A stretch of DNA of 64,000 bases from an uncultured Oscillospiraceae bacterium (lineage in GTDB: Bacteria > Bacillota > Clostridia > Oscillospirales > Acutalibacteraceae), in NCBI GenBank assembly GCA_902492045.1, contig CABUKB010000008.1, positions 7,720 through 71,719 of the forward strand, given 5' to 3'. A model generated the notes under the pieces. That model was not told where the DNA came from, ran no database searches, and saw only the letters and a list, made by a program, of their open reading frames with translations. Made by a program: the position numbers and the translations under genes. Shown in pieces: positions 35,516-47,081 of the stretch. Positions within the stretch are counted from its first letter, which is position 1. The number at the start of each line of letters is the position of its first letter.

Positions 35516-35902
35516 ATGGCGGCGGTATCGAAGGGGGCGGCGGGAGAAATCCTGGCCGCCCGTTTTCTGCGTGACAAAGGGTATACCTTGCTGGCGTCCA
35601 ACTATCGCTGCCGTTTTGGCGAGATCGACATAATCGCGTCGGATGATACGTATATTGCCTTCGTAGAGGTGAAGGCACGCCGTGAAGGCGCGCTTTTTGC
35701 CCCCAGAGAGGCCGTCACCCCTTTGAAACAAAAGCGTCTTCTTCAGACCGCCTCTCTATATCTGATGCACCATCCCAGCCCGTTACAGCCCCGGTTTGAT
35801 GTGATTGAGATCGTCACCGCTGCGGACAATCCCCTGCGCGCCGTGCAGCTCGATCACCTGATGGGCGCGTTTGAAAGCGGGGGGCTTGGCCGCGCATTTT
35901 GA
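35516..35902 (+). CDS. YraN family (UPF0102) endonuclease-like protein
   Basis: GEILAARFLRDKGYTLLASNYRCRFGEIDIIA...FVEVKAR is the typical YraN signature. Confidence 0.88.
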   Translation: MAAVSKGAAGEILAARFLRDKGYTLLASNYRCRFGEIDIIASDDTYIAFVEVKARREGALFAPREAVTPLKQKRLLQTASLYLMHHPSPLQPRFDVIEIVTAADNPLRAVQLDHLMGAFESGGLGRAF

Positions 35903-35915
35903 AGGAGGAAACCCG

Positions 35916-36833
35916 ATGAGGCTATTCGATCTGCATTGTGATACGCTGACAGAATGCTATCAAAAACAGGAGACGCTCCTGCAAAACCACAGGCACGTGG
36001 ATTTGATCCGGGGGGAAAAACTGGAGGCCTGGGCGCAGCTTTTTGCCGTATGGATACCCGACGGAGTACGGGGAGAGGCCGCTTTTGAATACGGCTGTGC
36101 GGTTTTGGACTTTGCCCGGGCGGAGGCTGAACGGTATGCCGACCGGCTGCGGATCGTAGAAGATGCGGAAGGTTTGAAAACAGCACTGGATACCGGCCGG
36201 TGTGCGGGCATTCTCACGGTGGAGGGAGCTGCTGTCCTGGCCGGGGATCTCCGGCATCTTGACGATCTGGCTTCCCGTGGTGTCAAGCTGATTACCTTGA
36301 CGTGGAATGGGACCAACGAGTTGGGACACGGCTGCCTGTCCGGGTGTCCGGACGGCCTGACTGCCTTTGGAAAAGCGGCGGTCAAGCGAATGGAAGAGCT
36401 TTCGATTTTACCCGACGTCTCCCATCTCAATGAAGCGGGATTCTGGGATGTGGCGGAAACGTTTTCAGGCCCCTTTCTGGCTACCCATTCGGTCTCGGCC
36501 GCATTGTGCGCCTCTCCGCGCAACCTCAAGGACAGCCAGTTCGCCGAGATCCGCAGACGGGGAGGGCTGGTCGGCCTCAATTTCTGTGCCAGTCAGCTTG
36601 GGGAGCAGTCCTTTGAGGCGATCGAACGCCACCTCGATCATTATCTTTCCCTGGATGGCGGCAATACCGTGGCCTTCGGGGCCGATTTGGACGGAACGGA
36701 TCTGCCAGCAGACTGGGGTGGAATCCAGGTTATGGAGCGGCTGTATGATTATCTTTGCCGCAAAAATTACGACGCGTCCTGTCTGGATAAAGTGTTTTTC
36801 AGTAATTGCTACGATTTTTTTACCGCGCTTTGA
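35916..36833 (+). CDS. membrane dipeptidase (peptidase M19) family protein
   Basis: MRLFDLHCDTL start and the LTWNGTNELG and DVSHLNEAGFWDV motifs. GAAGGAGGA RBS. Confidence 0.85.
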   Translation: MRLFDLHCDTLTECYQKQETLLQNHRHVDLIRGEKLEAWAQLFAVWIPDGVRGEAAFEYGCAVLDFARAEAERYADRLRIVEDAEGLKTALDTGRCAGILTVEGAAVLAGDLRHLDDLASRGVKLITLTWNGTNELGHGCLSGCPDGLTAFGKAAVKRMEELSILPDVSHLNEAGFWDVAETFSGPFLATHSVSAALCASPRNLKDSQFAEIRRRGGLVGLNFCASQLGEQSFEAIERHLDHYLSLDGGNTVAFGADLDGTDLPADWGGIQVMERLYDYLCRKNYDASCLDKVFFSNCYDFFTAL

Positions 36834-36930
36834 CAAATAAGGCGGAAATAGAGTAAAATGAGGACAATGCAGTCGCAGGGAAAACACGGCGAAAGCGGTG
36901 GTGCCTGCCGGCACCGGGAGGTTTGTTGCC

Positions 36931-38424
36931 ATGAAGTATAACAGCACACGGGACAGCCGGGTTTCCGTATCGTCCGCTCAGGCCATTGTCCAGGGGATTT
37001 CCAGGGACGGAGGGCTTTTTGTACCGGAGTCCCTTCCGGCCGTATCGAAGGATGATATTGCCGCCATGAGTAAGATGCCGTATGATGGACGGGCCGCGTC
37101 CATCCTCGGCCGTTTTCTCACCGATTTTACGCAAGAGGAGACGGCGGCGTGCGCGCGGGCGGCTTATGCATCCGGCGCTTTCCGTTCCCCGGCTGTCGCG
37201 CCTGTTCACACCTTGGAGGAAGGCGTCCATATACTCGAACTTTGGCATGGGCCGACCTGTGCGTTCAAGGACATGGCGCTTCAAATTCTGCCCCACTTGA
37301 TGCGGGTCTCGTCCGACAAGACGGGCGGGGGAGAGATCGTCATTCTGGTGGCCACCTCCGGCGATACCGGCAAGGCGGCCCTGGAGGGCTTCCGCGATGC
37401 GCCGCACACCCGTATTCTGGTGTTTTATCCAGAGGACGGCGTCAGCCCAATGCAGAAACTGCAGATGACCACGCAAGAGGGACAAAACGTGGGAGTCTGT
37501 GCGATACGGGGTAATTTTGACGACGCGCAGTCGGGGGTGAAGGCGATCTTCACCGATGCGTCGGTCCAAGAGGCGCTGAGAAATCACGGCATGCAGTTTT
37601 CTTCCGCCAACTCCATCAACTGGGGCCGCCTGGTTCCCCAGATTGTGTATTATTTTTCCGCCTACTGTGACCTGCTGGCAGATGGTAAGCTTCGAATGGG
37701 GGACCGGTTCAACATTGTGGTGCCCACGGGCAATTTCGGCAATATTCTGGCGGCATATTATGCCAAGGAAATGGGGCTGCCCGTCGCCAAGCTGATCTGC
37801 GCCTCCAACCGCAACCGCGTACTGACCGACTTTATGGCGACCGGTACGTACGACCGCAATCGCCCCTTTTATGCTACTTCATCGCCTTCAATGGACATTC
37901 TGATCTCCAGCAATCTGGAACGGCTGCTCTACCATCTTTCCGGACGGGACGACACGGTTATCCAAAACTTGATGAATCAACTCGCAGCCAAAGGCGCCTA
38001 TACGGTTCCGTCCGGCGTGAGGGAAAAACTGTCCGCGCTGTTCGACGCCGGCTGGTGCGACGATGCCGGTACAGCGGCGGCAATCGCGCAGACGTATAAA
38101 ACCTATGGGTATCTCTGCGATACCCATACCGCTGTCGGGGTGAATGTGTATAACGCTTACCGCCGCCGGACCGGGGATACCACGCCGACGGTGATTGCGT
38201 CCACCGCCAATCCATACAAATTTTCTGCAAGCGTACTCGCTGCACTGGGGCAAGAGGCGGCGGAGATGGATGAGTTTGACAAAGTCGAGGCACTGCACAA
38301 GCTGACCGGCTCTCCCGTGCCGCCTCCTCTCGCGGGGCTGCGCGACAAGGCGGTCCGCTTCACCGCCGTGTGCAGCCGGGAAGAGATGCCCGCCGTCGTA
38401 TTCGGTATGCTGGGTATCCGATAA
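36931..38424 (+). CDS. thrC: threonine synthase
   Basis: MKYNSTRD start, the PLP lysine motif GPTCAFKDMALQ and SGDTGKAA. Long-form ThrC of about 497 aa. Confidence 0.93.
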   Translation: MKYNSTRDSRVSVSSAQAIVQGISRDGGLFVPESLPAVSKDDIAAMSKMPYDGRAASILGRFLTDFTQEETAACARAAYASGAFRSPAVAPVHTLEEGVHILELWHGPTCAFKDMALQILPHLMRVSSDKTGGGEIVILVATSGDTGKAALEGFRDAPHTRILVFYPEDGVSPMQKLQMTTQEGQNVGVCAIRGNFDDAQSGVKAIFTDASVQEALRNHGMQFSSANSINWGRLVPQIVYYFSAYCDLLADGKLRMGDRFNIVVPTGNFGNILAAYYAKEMGLPVAKLICASNRNRVLTDFMATGTYDRNRPFYATSSPSMDILISSNLERLLYHLSGRDDTVIQNLMNQLAAKGAYTVPSGVREKLSALFDAGWCDDAGTAAAIAQTYKTYGYLCDTHTAVGVNVYNAYRRRTGDTTPTVIASTANPYKFSASVLAALGQEAAEMDEFDKVEALHKLTGSPVPPPLAGLRDKAVRFTAVCSREEMPAVVFGMLGIR

Positions 38425-38444
38425 TAGAGAAATGGAGTATCCCC

Positions 38445-39131
38445 ATGTCGCTGTTTGCTATTGCAGATCCGCATCTGTCTTTCAGCACCTCGAAACCGAT
38501 GGATGTTTTTCCGGGATGGACGGATTATACCGTCCGTCTGGAGAAAAACTGGCGGGCCCTGGTCGGGCCGGAGGATACGGTCGTGATAGCAGGCGACATT
38601 TCCTGGGGAATGGATCTGCGGGAAGCGGCGGCGGATTTCGCTTTTATTGACCGTCTGCCCGGACAGAAAATCCTTCTCAAGGGGAATCACGATTATTGGT
38701 GGACCACCCGAAGGAAGATGGATGATTTTCTGCGCGAGCAGGGCCTGTCCACCCTTCATATCCTCCATAACGACGCCTATGCAGTGGGAAACATGGCGGT
38801 TTGCGGTTCGCGCGGATGGTTTTTTGATGCTGAGGATACCGCCGATAAAAAGGTGCTGCTGAGGGAGGCCGGGCGGCTGCGGACATCAATTCAGGCGGCG
38901 AAAAAGCTGCGGCTGGAACCGGTGGCTTTTCTTCATTACCCGCCGGTCAACGGGGGACGGGTCTGCGAAGAGATTTTCTCCGTGCTGCGGGAGGAAGGGA
39001 TCCGCCGGTGTTATTACGGCCATCTGCACGGCCCCGGAATCCGTTATGCCTTTCAAGGGGAATGGGACGGCATCCGGTTGAAACTGATTTCATGTGATGC
39101 GTTGGCCTTTTGCCCGCTTCTCATCCCATAA
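38445..39131 (+). CDS. metallophosphoesterase family protein
   Basis: DPH, GDISW and GNHDYWW metal-binding motifs. Confidence 0.8.
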   Translation: MSLFAIADPHLSFSTSKPMDVFPGWTDYTVRLEKNWRALVGPEDTVVIAGDISWGMDLREAAADFAFIDRLPGQKILLKGNHDYWWTTRRKMDDFLREQGLSTLHILHNDAYAVGNMAVCGSRGWFFDAEDTADKKVLLREAGRLRTSIQAAKKLRLEPVAFLHYPPVNGGRVCEEIFSVLREEGIRRCYYGHLHGPGIRYAFQGEWDGIRLKLISCDALAFCPLLIP

Positions 39132-39227
39132 AATTTTCGATTTATTCATGAAATGGTCTGGCGTTTGCTGCCAGTTTATGCTATACTGTTATCCATTGCC
39201 GCAAGAGTGAGTAGGAGGATGTCAAAC

Positions 39228-40571
39228 ATGAGTCTGAAAAATGCCAACAAGGTCGATACGAACCGGGTGGAACTGGATATTGAAGTCGATGCCGGCCGCT
39301 TTGAAAGCGCGGTTGACAACGCGTTTAAGAAGAACGTCCGGAAGATGAATATACCTGGATTCCGCAAAGGAAAGGCACCCCGTCATCTTGTGGAAAAACT
39401 GTATGGCTCCGGCGTGTTTTACGAGGATGCGGTCAACGAGGTCTATCCCGCCGCCCTGGATGAGGCCATCCAGGAATCGGGCTATGAATATGTGGAGGAC
39501 AAAATCGACTTTGACGTGGTATCCGTCGGGCCGGAGGGCCTGCATTTCAAAGCGGTCGTTACCGTCAAGCCGGAAGTGGAACTGGACGCCTATAAAGGGC
39601 TTAAGGCCGAGAAAAAGGCGGTGGAGGTCTCCGACGCTGATGTGGAGGAGGAACTGAAGAAGCTGCAGGACCGGCAGTCCCGCTTGGTGGCGGTGGAGGA
39701 CCGCGCGGCTGAGATGGGCGACACCGTGACCTTTGATTTCGACGGACGGGTGGATGGCGAGCCCTTTGAGGGAGGGAAAGCGGAGAATTACACGCTGACC
39801 CTCGGATCCGGCCAATTCATTCCGGGATTTGAAGAACAGCTCGTCGGGAAAAAGGCCGACGAGGAGTGCGATGTTGAGGTGACGTTCCCCGAGGATTATC
39901 ATGCAGCGGAACTGGCCGGAAAACCGGCGGTGTTCCATTGCAACATGCATGAAATCAAGGTCAAGGAACTGCCGGAACTCAATGACGATTTTGCCAAAGA
40001 CTGCAGCGAATTCGACACCCTTGACGAGCTGAAGGCCGATCTGCGCAAAAACTTGGAGCACCGCCGCGAGCACGAGGCCGAAGATGCTTTTGAAAGCGAA
40101 CTGCTCGAGCAGTTGGTCGCGGGTTTCAAGGCGGAAGTTCCCGAGGCCATGTACGAGCATCGGGTGGACGAAAGCGTGCGGGATTTCGATTACCGCCTCC
40201 AGTCGCAGGGGCTTACTCTCGATATGTATCTCCAATACACCGGTATGGACCGCGACGCGTTTAGGAAAAGTTTCCGCGAGCAGGCGGAGAAACAGGTGAA
40301 GATTCGGCTGGCGCTCGAAAAGATTGCCCAGCTCGAAAACATCGTGCCGGCGCCGGAAGAAATCGAGGCCGAGTTTGCCAAGATGGCGGAGCAGTATCAA
40401 ATGGATGTTGAAAAGGTAAAATCCCTGATCAGTGAAAAGAGTTTGTCGATGGATCTGGCTGTAGGCAAGGCCATGGATCTCGTCAAAGAAACCGCAACGG
40501 CCGGAGAATCCAAGCCCAAAAAGTCGGCGAAAACCGCCAAAAACAAAAAGGCCGAGAAAGAGGAAGGCTGA
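39228..40571 (+). CDS. tig: trigger factor
   Basis: The ORF contains IPGFRKGKAPRHLVEKLYG (ribosome-binding GFRxGxxP) and a central FKBP domain (FDFDGRVDGEPFEGG). The ATG at 39228 is 9 nt after AGGAGG. Confidence 0.95.
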   Translation: MSLKNANKVDTNRVELDIEVDAGRFESAVDNAFKKNVRKMNIPGFRKGKAPRHLVEKLYGSGVFYEDAVNEVYPAALDEAIQESGYEYVEDKIDFDVVSVGPEGLHFKAVVTVKPEVELDAYKGLKAEKKAVEVSDADVEEELKKLQDRQSRLVAVEDRAAEMGDTVTFDFDGRVDGEPFEGGKAENYTLTLGSGQFIPGFEEQLVGKKADEECDVEVTFPEDYHAAELAGKPAVFHCNMHEIKVKELPELNDDFAKDCSEFDTLDELKADLRKNLEHRREHEAEDAFESELLEQLVAGFKAEVPEAMYEHRVDESVRDFDYRLQSQGLTLDMYLQYTGMDRDAFRKSFREQAEKQVKIRLALEKIAQLENIVPAPEEIEAEFAKMAEQYQMDVEKVKSLISEKSLSMDLAVGKAMDLVKETATAGESKPKKSAKTAKNKKAEKEEG

Positions 40572-40659
40572 GAAACTTTTTTCGGTATCCCGGATTAAAT
40601 TCCCGCCGAGTGGTCATACTTTTTCTTGACCGCCGAGAACACAGAAAGGTCGATGCAGG

Positions 40660-41244
40660 ATGAGCAGTTTAGTTCCTTATGTAATTGAACAAACCAGTCG
40701 CGGCGAACGCAGCTACGATATTTTTTCCCGTCTGCTCAATGACCGCATTATCATGCTGTCCGATGAAGTCAACGATGTGACCGCTTCTCTGGTTGTCGCG
40801 CAGTTGATCTATTTGGAAGGGCAGGATCCGGATAAGGATATTCATCTGTATATCAACAGCCCCGGCGGATCCATATCCGCCGGCATGGCGATCTACGACA
40901 CCATGAATTTCATTAAATGCGATGTTTCGACCATCTGCATCGGAATGGCGGCGAGTATGGGTTCCTTCTTGTTTGCCGCCGGGGCTAAAGGCAAACGCCT
41001 GGTTCTTCCAAACAGCGAGATTATGATCCATCAGCCCCTTGGCGGGACAAAGGGTCAGGCGAGCGATATCAAGATCCAGGCCGATCACATCCTGTTTATC
41101 CGCAATCGTATGAACCGGTTGCTGGCCGAAATGACCGGGCAGCCGATTGAGGTCATCGAACGGGATACCGACCGGGATAATTGGATGACCGCGGAGGAAG
41201 CGGTCAAGTACGGACTGGCGGATAAGGTCGTGGAAAAACGCTGA
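40660..41244 (+). CDS. clpP: ATP-dependent Clp protease proteolytic subunit
   Basis: [13 protein letters not shown], the catalytic Ser context GMAASMG and IMIHQPLGG. Confidence 0.97.
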   Translation: MSSLVPYVIEQTSRGERSYDIFSRLLNDRIIMLSDEVNDVTASLVVAQLIYLEGQDPDKDIHLYINSPGGSISAGMAIYDTMNFIKCDVSTICIGMAASMGSFLFAAGAKGKRLVLPNSEIMIHQPLGGTKGQASDIKIQADHILFIRNRMNRLLAEMTGQPIEVIERDTDRDNWMTAEEAVKYGLADKVVEKR

Positions 41245-41280
41245 TAATCAAAGGGGAAACTGACGGAAGGGGGCGTCAAG

Positions 41281-42582
41281 ATGCCGAAAAATGAAGAGGG
41301 TCGGACCTTTAGCTGTTCCTTTTGCGGTAAGATGCAGGATGAAGTTCAGCGTCTGATAGCGGGTCCGGGCGTATATATTTGCAACGAATGTGTGGAATTG
41401 TGCGAGTCGATCCTGGAAGAGGGGGGGCATTTTTCACGCCGCCGCTCGGATGATGATATTCCGGCCAAGCTGCCGACCCCTAAGGAAATCAAGCAGGGGC
41501 TGGACGAGTATGTGATCGGCCAGGAAAAGGCCAAGGTGGCCCTGTCTGTCGCCGTGTATAACCACTATAAGAGGATTTATTTCGGCTCTTCCTCCGACGT
41601 GGAACTGGGCAAGAGCAATGTGCTGCTTCTCGGTCCTACCGGCGTGGGAAAAACGGCCCTTGCCCAGACCCTTGCCAAATTGCTCAATGTTCCTTTTGCC
41701 ATTGCGGACGCCACGACCCTGACGGAGGCGGGATATGTAGGTGAGGATGTGGAAAACATCCTGCTGCGTTTGATTCAGGCGGCGGACGGCAATATCGAAA
41801 AGGCGGAACGCGGCATCATCTATGTCGATGAAATCGACAAAATCGCTCGCCGCAGCGAAAACCCTTCCATAACGCGCGATGTCAGCGGAGAGGGTGTACA
41901 GCAGGCACTGCTGAAAATCTTGGAAGGCACGGTTTCGAACGTCCCGCCCAACGGCGGACGAAAGCACCCTCAGCAGGAATTTATACAAATTGACACCACC
42001 AATATCCTGTTTATTCTGGGCGGCGCTTTTGACGGTATTGAAAAGATCGTAGAAAAGCGGGTCGCTTCCGGGGCAATGGGTTTTGGAAACGAGGTCAAGT
42101 CCAAAAAGGATCTGGAGCAGGGCAAGCTTTATGAGCAGCTTGTTCCGCAGGATTTGATCAAATATGGCCTGATTCCCGAGTTGGTTGGCCGTATGCCGGT
42201 CATTACCACGCTACAGCCTCTGGATGCCGACGCTCTGGTCAAGATCCTCAGCGAACCGAAAAATGCGATTTTAAAGCAATATACCCAGTTGTTCACTCTG
42301 GATGATGTAAAGCTGGAGATCACCCCCGATGCTCTGCGCGCTGTGGCGGAAGAAACCCTCAAGCGCAATACGGGTGCGCGTGGGCTGAGATCCGTTATGG
42401 AGGATTTGCTGACCAACTTGATGTTTGAGGTCCCCTCCGATCATACGATTGAAAAAGTCATCGTGAACCGTGACTGCGTCCTTAAACAGGCGCAGCCCGA
42501 GATTGTCAAAAACCCGGAGAAAAAGCCGAATCGGCTCAAGACACCGGTAAAACGCACTCCACGGCGAAAAGTCACCGCCTGA
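41281..42582 (+). CDS. clpX: ATP-dependent Clp protease ATP-binding subunit ClpX
   Basis: N-terminal zinc finger CSFCGK...CNECV, Walker A GPTGVGKT, Walker [10 protein letters not shown] and the GYVG pore loop. Confidence 0.97.
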   Translation: MPKNEEGRTFSCSFCGKMQDEVQRLIAGPGVYICNECVELCESILEEGGHFSRRRSDDDIPAKLPTPKEIKQGLDEYVIGQEKAKVALSVAVYNHYKRIYFGSSSDVELGKSNVLLLGPTGVGKTALAQTLAKLLNVPFAIADATTLTEAGYVGEDVENILLRLIQAADGNIEKAERGIIYVDEIDKIARRSENPSITRDVSGEGVQQALLKILEGTVSNVPPNGGRKHPQQEFIQIDTTNILFILGGAFDGIEKIVEKRVASGAMGFGNEVKSKKDLEQGKLYEQLVPQDLIKYGLIPELVGRMPVITTLQPLDADALVKILSEPKNAILKQYTQLFTLDDVKLEITPDALRAVAEETLKRNTGARGLRSVMEDLLTNLMFEVPSDHTIEKVIVNRDCVLKQAQPEIVKNPEKKPNRLKTPVKRTPRRKVTA

Positions 42583-42700
42583 GCGGCGGCCGGGCCATGA
42601 AACAGAAGGTCAGCTGCCGGACGCATCGCGCTCGGTGTCTGGCTCTTTTGCTTTTCATGCTCCAAAATCGGCTGTGGTCTTAAATAGAGAAGGTGGGACT

Positions 42701-45124
42701 ATGGGAATTCAAAAACGGGTAGCCCGTGTGGCTGAACTGCCTCTGCTCGCCCTGCGCGGGCTGGTGGTTTTTCCGGGCATGCTGCTGCATTTTGATGTAG
42801 GACGAAAAAAATCCATTCTGGCCCTTAATGAAGCGATGTCGGAGGAGCAGACGATTTTCCTGGTCACGCAGACCGACATCGCTGTCGATGATCCGGGTCC
42901 GGAGCATCTGTATCAGATCGGCGTGGTAGCCAAGGTACGGCAGGTGCTGAAGATGCCCGGCGACACGCTGAGAGTGATGGTGGAAGGCGTCTATCGGGCC
43001 AGGATTCGGGATTTTTTGCGAGAGGATCCCTTTTACCTGGTTCGGGTACATGAGAGTTTGGATCGTCCGGTTCCCGATCCTGTACAGGAGCAGGCGCTGC
43101 TGCGGGAATGCCGTACATATTTTGAACAGTATGCGGAATTTGCCGGCAAGATCCCTTCCGATGTCGCCAACGGTATCGCCGCAGCCAGTGACTTGGGATA
43201 TCTCGCGGACTTCATTGCGACCAATACCCCCATGCCGGCAGAGGAAAAGCAGCGGATACTCGGTTGTATTTCGGTGGAAAAAAGGGTGAAACTGTTGCTT
43301 GCCCTGCTTGCGCGGGAGACCGACATCCTCGCGCTCGAGCAGGATATCCAGGAACAGGTGCATGAGTCTATCGACCGCAATCAGCGGGAGTATTACCTGC
43401 GGGAACAGATGCGCGTCATCGCGACCGAACTCGGTGAGGGGGATAATCCCCTTGAAGAGTCGGATGAACTGCGTGAGAAGATCAAGGCTTTGTCCCTTAG
43501 CGCGGACGTGGAAGATAAGCTGCTTAAGGAATGCGATAAGCTCGCGAAGATGCCGGCCGGTTCCCACGAAGCGACGGTGGTGCGAAATTATCTGGACACC
43601 TGTCTTGCCCTGCCGTGGAAAACAAAGTCCAAGGACCATCTGGACCTGACGGCGGCAGAAAAGGTACTCAACCGGGACCATTACGGCCTCCAAAAGGTGA
43701 AAGAAAGGATTTTAGAGATCCTGGCGGTCCGCCGTTTGACGGGCGGGGCGAAAGGCCAGGTGGTTTGCCTGGTGGGCCCTCCTGGAGTAGGGAAAACCTC
43801 GATTGCCAAATCCATCGCCGAGGCGATGGGGCGGAGATATGTCCGAGTATCGCTTGGAGGCGTTCGGGACGAGGCCGATATCCGGGGACATCGCAAAACC
43901 TACATCGGCGCGATGCCGGGACGGATTATGAACGCCGTCAAACAGGCGGGAACCAACAACCCGCTCATTCTGCTGGACGAAATCGACAAAATGGGGCATG
44001 ATTTTCGGGGCGATCCCTCCTCGGCCATGCTCGAGGTGCTGGATACAGAACAGAACGCCGCCTTTGTCGACCACTATCTGGAGTTGCCATTCGACCTGTC
44101 GGATGTCCTGTTCATCACCACGGCGAATGACGCAGGGGCGATCCCCGCCCCATTGTATGACCGGATGGATGTCATTGCGCTGTCGAGTTACACGTCGGAA
44201 GAAAAATTCCATATTGCAAAGGAGCATTTGCTCAAAAAACAGGTGAGACAGAATGGCCTGAACTTACGGCAGGTGCGGATACCGGACGAAACCCTGCGCC
44301 TGATCATCGAAGGGTATACCCGGGAGGCCGGTGTGCGCAGCCTGGAGCGCTGTATCGGCAAGCTTTGCCGCAAAGCGGCCAAGCTTCTGGTTTCGGGAGA
44401 GATGAAGAGCGTGACGGTCTCCCCGGAGAATCTAAAGGATTATCTGGGGCCCCGCCGTTTCAAAGAGGATGTGCTCGAGCACCGGGACGAGGTGGGCGTG
44501 GTCAACGGGTTAGCGTGGACGGCCGTCGGCGGGGAAACCATGCCGGTGGAGGTAGCGGTTCTGGACGGAAACGGCAAGATCGAGCTGACCGGATCCCTGG
44601 GCGATGTGATGAAGGAATCGGCACGCACGGCGATCAGTTATGTTCGTTCCAGGGCATCGGAATGGCATATCGAGAGGGATTTCTATAAGACCAAGGATAT
44701 CCATATTCATGTGCCGGAGGGGGCGGTGCCGAAAGACGGTCCCTCCGCCGGTGTTACGATGGCCACGGCCATGATTTCCGCTTTGACGAATATTCCGGTT
44801 CGCGGGGATGTAGCCATGACAGGCGAAATTTCCCTGAGGGGCCGGGTGCTCCCTATCGGCGGGCTCAAGGAAAAAACGATGGCGGCTTACACCCATCATA
44901 TGAAAACGGTGATCATTCCAGCAGATAACGAGCCGGATCTGGCCGAAATTGATGAGATTGTACGGGACAAAATCCACTTTGTCCCGGCGGGTCATCTCGA
45001 CACCGTTCTGAGGACGGCGCTTCTTTCTTCGCCGGATACCGGGCTCCCAGCCGAAAACGTCCCTCAGCCGCCGGTCATATCCCCGCCGCTTGGGGAAGCT
45101 CCGGCAGTATGCAGAACCCAATGA
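42701..45124 (+). CDS. lon: endopeptidase La (LonA)
   Basis: LON N-domain, Walker [10 protein letters not shown], and protease Ser [11 protein letters not shown] with a downstream Lys. The start is taken at MGIQKR (42701). Confidence 0.97.
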   Translation: MGIQKRVARVAELPLLALRGLVVFPGMLLHFDVGRKKSILALNEAMSEEQTIFLVTQTDIAVDDPGPEHLYQIGVVAKVRQVLKMPGDTLRVMVEGVYRARIRDFLREDPFYLVRVHESLDRPVPDPVQEQALLRECRTYFEQYAEFAGKIPSDVANGIAAASDLGYLADFIATNTPMPAEEKQRILGCISVEKRVKLLLALLARETDILALEQDIQEQVHESIDRNQREYYLREQMRVIATELGEGDNPLEESDELREKIKALSLSADVEDKLLKECDKLAKMPAGSHEATVVRNYLDTCLALPWKTKSKDHLDLTAAEKVLNRDHYGLQKVKERILEILAVRRLTGGAKGQVVCLVGPPGVGKTSIAKSIAEAMGRRYVRVSLGGVRDEADIRGHRKTYIGAMPGRIMNAVKQAGTNNPLILLDEIDKMGHDFRGDPSSAMLEVLDTEQNAAFVDHYLELPFDLSDVLFITTANDAGAIPAPLYDRMDVIALSSYTSEEKFHIAKEHLLKKQVRQNGLNLRQVRIPDETLRLIIEGYTREAGVRSLERCIGKLCRKAAKLLVSGEMKSVTVSPENLKDYLGPRRFKEDVLEHRDEVGVVNGLAWTAVGGETMPVEVAVLDGNGKIELTGSLGDVMKESARTAISYVRSRASEWHIERDFYKTKDIHIHVPEGAVPKDGPSAGVTMATAMISALTNIPVRGDVAMTGEISLRGRVLPIGGLKEKTMAAYTHHMKTVIIPADNEPDLAEIDEIVRDKIHFVPAGHLDTVLRTALLSSPDTGLPAENVPQPPVISPPLGEAPAVCRTQ

Positions 45125-45145
45125 ACGGAATAGGAGAGAGGCCGG

Positions 45146-45727
45146 ATGAAACTGGAGTCCGCCGTTTTTGAAACATCGGTGGCAGATGGCCGCCAGTTGT
45201 TTCCTTCCACCCTGCCGGAAGTGGTTTTCTCCGGTCGGTCCAATGTGGGAAAATCGTCTCTGATTAACCGCCTGTTGTCCCGAAAATCGCTGGCCCGCAC
45301 CAGCGCGACACCCGGAAAAACCGCCACGATCAACTTTTACCGTCTGGATACACTCCGGCTTGTCGATTTGCCGGGATACGGCTATGCCAAGGTTTCGGAC
45401 AGCGAAAAGAAGAAATGGAGCGCGGTGATCCGGCGGTATTTTGAGGATGACCGGGATCTGCGGCTGGTGGTGCAGTTGATTGATATCCGGCATGCCCCTT
45501 CCGCCGATGACCGGGCGATGATTGATTTTTTTGTGCAGGAGGAAATTCCCTTTTTACTTGCGCTGACCAAAGCGGATAAGCTAAACAAAACCGAACGGGC
45601 GGCGCGCCTGGCGGCTTTTGAAAAGGAATGGGCGGCATATGACGGTATACAGTGGATTCCCTGCTCCTCTGTGACAGGTGAGGGAGCCGAAGAATTGCGG
45701 GAAATCCTCGCGGACGTTACCGCCTAA
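45146..45727 (+). CDS. engB: ribosome biogenesis GTP-binding protein YihA/YsxC (EngB)
   Basis: GRSNVGKSSLIN, DLPGYGY and TKADK motifs. Confidence 0.93.
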   Translation: MKLESAVFETSVADGRQLFPSTLPEVVFSGRSNVGKSSLINRLLSRKSLARTSATPGKTATINFYRLDTLRLVDLPGYGYAKVSDSEKKKWSAVIRRYFEDDRDLRLVVQLIDIRHAPSADDRAMIDFFVQEEIPFLLALTKADKLNKTERAARLAAFEKEWAAYDGIQWIPCSSVTGEGAEELREILADVTA

Positions 45728-45785
45728 CGGCTGTCAAAAGACGGATATATCGAAATCCGGTCGTTTTACGGAAAGGATGAGGCCC

Positions 45786-47081
45786 ATGTTTGTCTCGGAC
45801 TGTCTGGATATCAATGCCCGTGGTCATCTGACCATAGGTGGGTGTGATACGGTTTCCCTGGCGGAGACCTTCGGCACGCCGCTGTATGTCATGGATGAAC
45901 AGGCGATTCGCCAGGCTCTGCGGGAATTCAAAAACGCAATGGACGGTTATGCCGCCGGCGGGCGTGTCGCGTATGCGAGTAAAGCCTGCTGCTTTAAAGA
46001 GCTGTATCGGATCGTGAACGAAGAGGGATGCGGAGCCGATGTGGTGTCGGGCGGGGAACTTTTTACAGCCATACAGGCGGGGTTCCCGGCGGAGCGGCTG
46101 TATTTTCACGGGAATAACAAATCCGACGCCGAACTTCGCATGGCCTTGGAAGCCGGGGTGGGCCGCATTGTGGTGGATAACTCCACCGAACTCCACCGCC
46201 TATCAGCCATCGCCGGAGGGATGGGCAAAACCGCATCGGTGTATCTGCGGATTACGCCGGGGGTGGAAGCCCATACCCATAGTTTCATTCGTACGGGACA
46301 GATCGACTCCAAGTTCGGTTTCACATTGGAAAGCGGGGAAGCGTTGCAGGGGGCAGTGGATGCGCTCGGTTTGGACGCGATTGCGCTCAGGGGATTTCAC
46401 TGCCACATCGGGTCCCAGATTTTCGATGAAGAGCCTTTTGTTCATGCGGCCGAGGTCATGCTGGATTTCATGGCGTGCGTCCGCGAGAAGACCGGAACCG
46501 TGATTGGTGAACTCAATCTTGGAGGAGGATTTGGGGCTAAGTATACGGAAAACGATCGCCCGAAGGCCCGCGGCGATATGGTGCGAATCCTGGCTGAGGC
46601 CGTTTCAAAAAAGGCGGAAGCCCTGCATTTTCCATCTCCGTATCTGGTCATCGAGCCGGGCCGCTCAGTTGTTGCCGATGCGGGAATCACGCTTTACACC
46701 GTCGGCCATGTCAAAGAGATCCCGGGCGTGCGCACCTATGTGAGCGTGGACGGCGGTATGCCGGACAACCCCCGGTATATCCTGTATCAATCCCCCTATA
46801 CCGCCTTGATCGCCAACCGGGCCGGTGAGGCCGCTGACCGGACGGTGACAATTGCGGGGCGCTGCTGTGAAAGCGGTGACTTGATTCAGGAAAACGCCCC
46901 TCTTCAGCACTGTGAGCCCGGCGATATTCTTGCTGTGCTGGCGACCGGCGCCTATAACCTCTCGATGTCTTCCAATTACAACCGTCTGCCCCGTCCAGCC
47001 GTTGTGATGACAAGGGACGGAGAGGCCCGTGTGGTGGTCCGGGCCGAGACCTATGAGGACCTGGCGGACCGTGATGTCTGA
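45786..47081 (+). CDS. lysA: diaminopimelate decarboxylase
   Basis: The ORF contains GTPLYVMDE, the PLP-Lys context YASKAC, HCHIGSQ, EPGRSVVA and the CESGD motif. The ATG at 45786 is 8 nt after AAGGA. Confidence 0.93.
   Translation: MFVSDCLDINARGHLTIGGCDTVSLAETFGTPLYVMDEQAIRQALREFKNAMDGYAAGGRVAYASKACCFKELYRIVNEEGCGADVVSGGELFTAIQAGFPAERLYFHGNNKSDAELRMALEAGVGRIVVDNSTELHRLSAIAGGMGKTASVYLRITPGVEAHTHSFIRTGQIDSKFGFTLESGEALQGAVDALGLDAIALRGFHCHIGSQIFDEEPFVHAAEVMLDFMACVREKTGTVIGELNLGGGFGAKYTENDRPKARGDMVRILAEAVSKKAEALHFPSPYLVIEPGRSVVADAGITLYTVGHVKEIPGVRTYVSVDGGMPDNPRYILYQSPYTALIANRAGEAADRTVTIAGRCCESGDLIQENAPLQHCEPGDILAVLATGAYNLSMSSNYNRLPRPAVVMTRDGEARVVVRAETYEDLADRDV

Noticed and set aside
36834-36930. 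A possible T-box or riboswitch leader upstream of thrC. The same check was made upstream of lysA and the amino-acid ABC operon.
   Set aside because: The leaders are too short (under 100-210 nt) and lack the specifier/antiterminator or L-box hallmarks. In addition, lysA directly follows engB.
39222-40400. A 392-aa minus-strand ORF.
   Set aside because: It is antisense to trigger factor and has no recognisable domain.
40612-40631. GGTCATA...TTGACC upstream of clpP, considered as a CtsR operator.
   Set aside because: The CtsR box is a direct repeat (GGTCAAA-NAN-GGTCAAA). Here the two half-sites are inverted and imperfect. TGGTCATACT more likely represents the clpP extended -10.
42680-43693. 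A 337-aa minus-strand ORF.
   Set aside because: It is antisense to lon and is a shadow frame.
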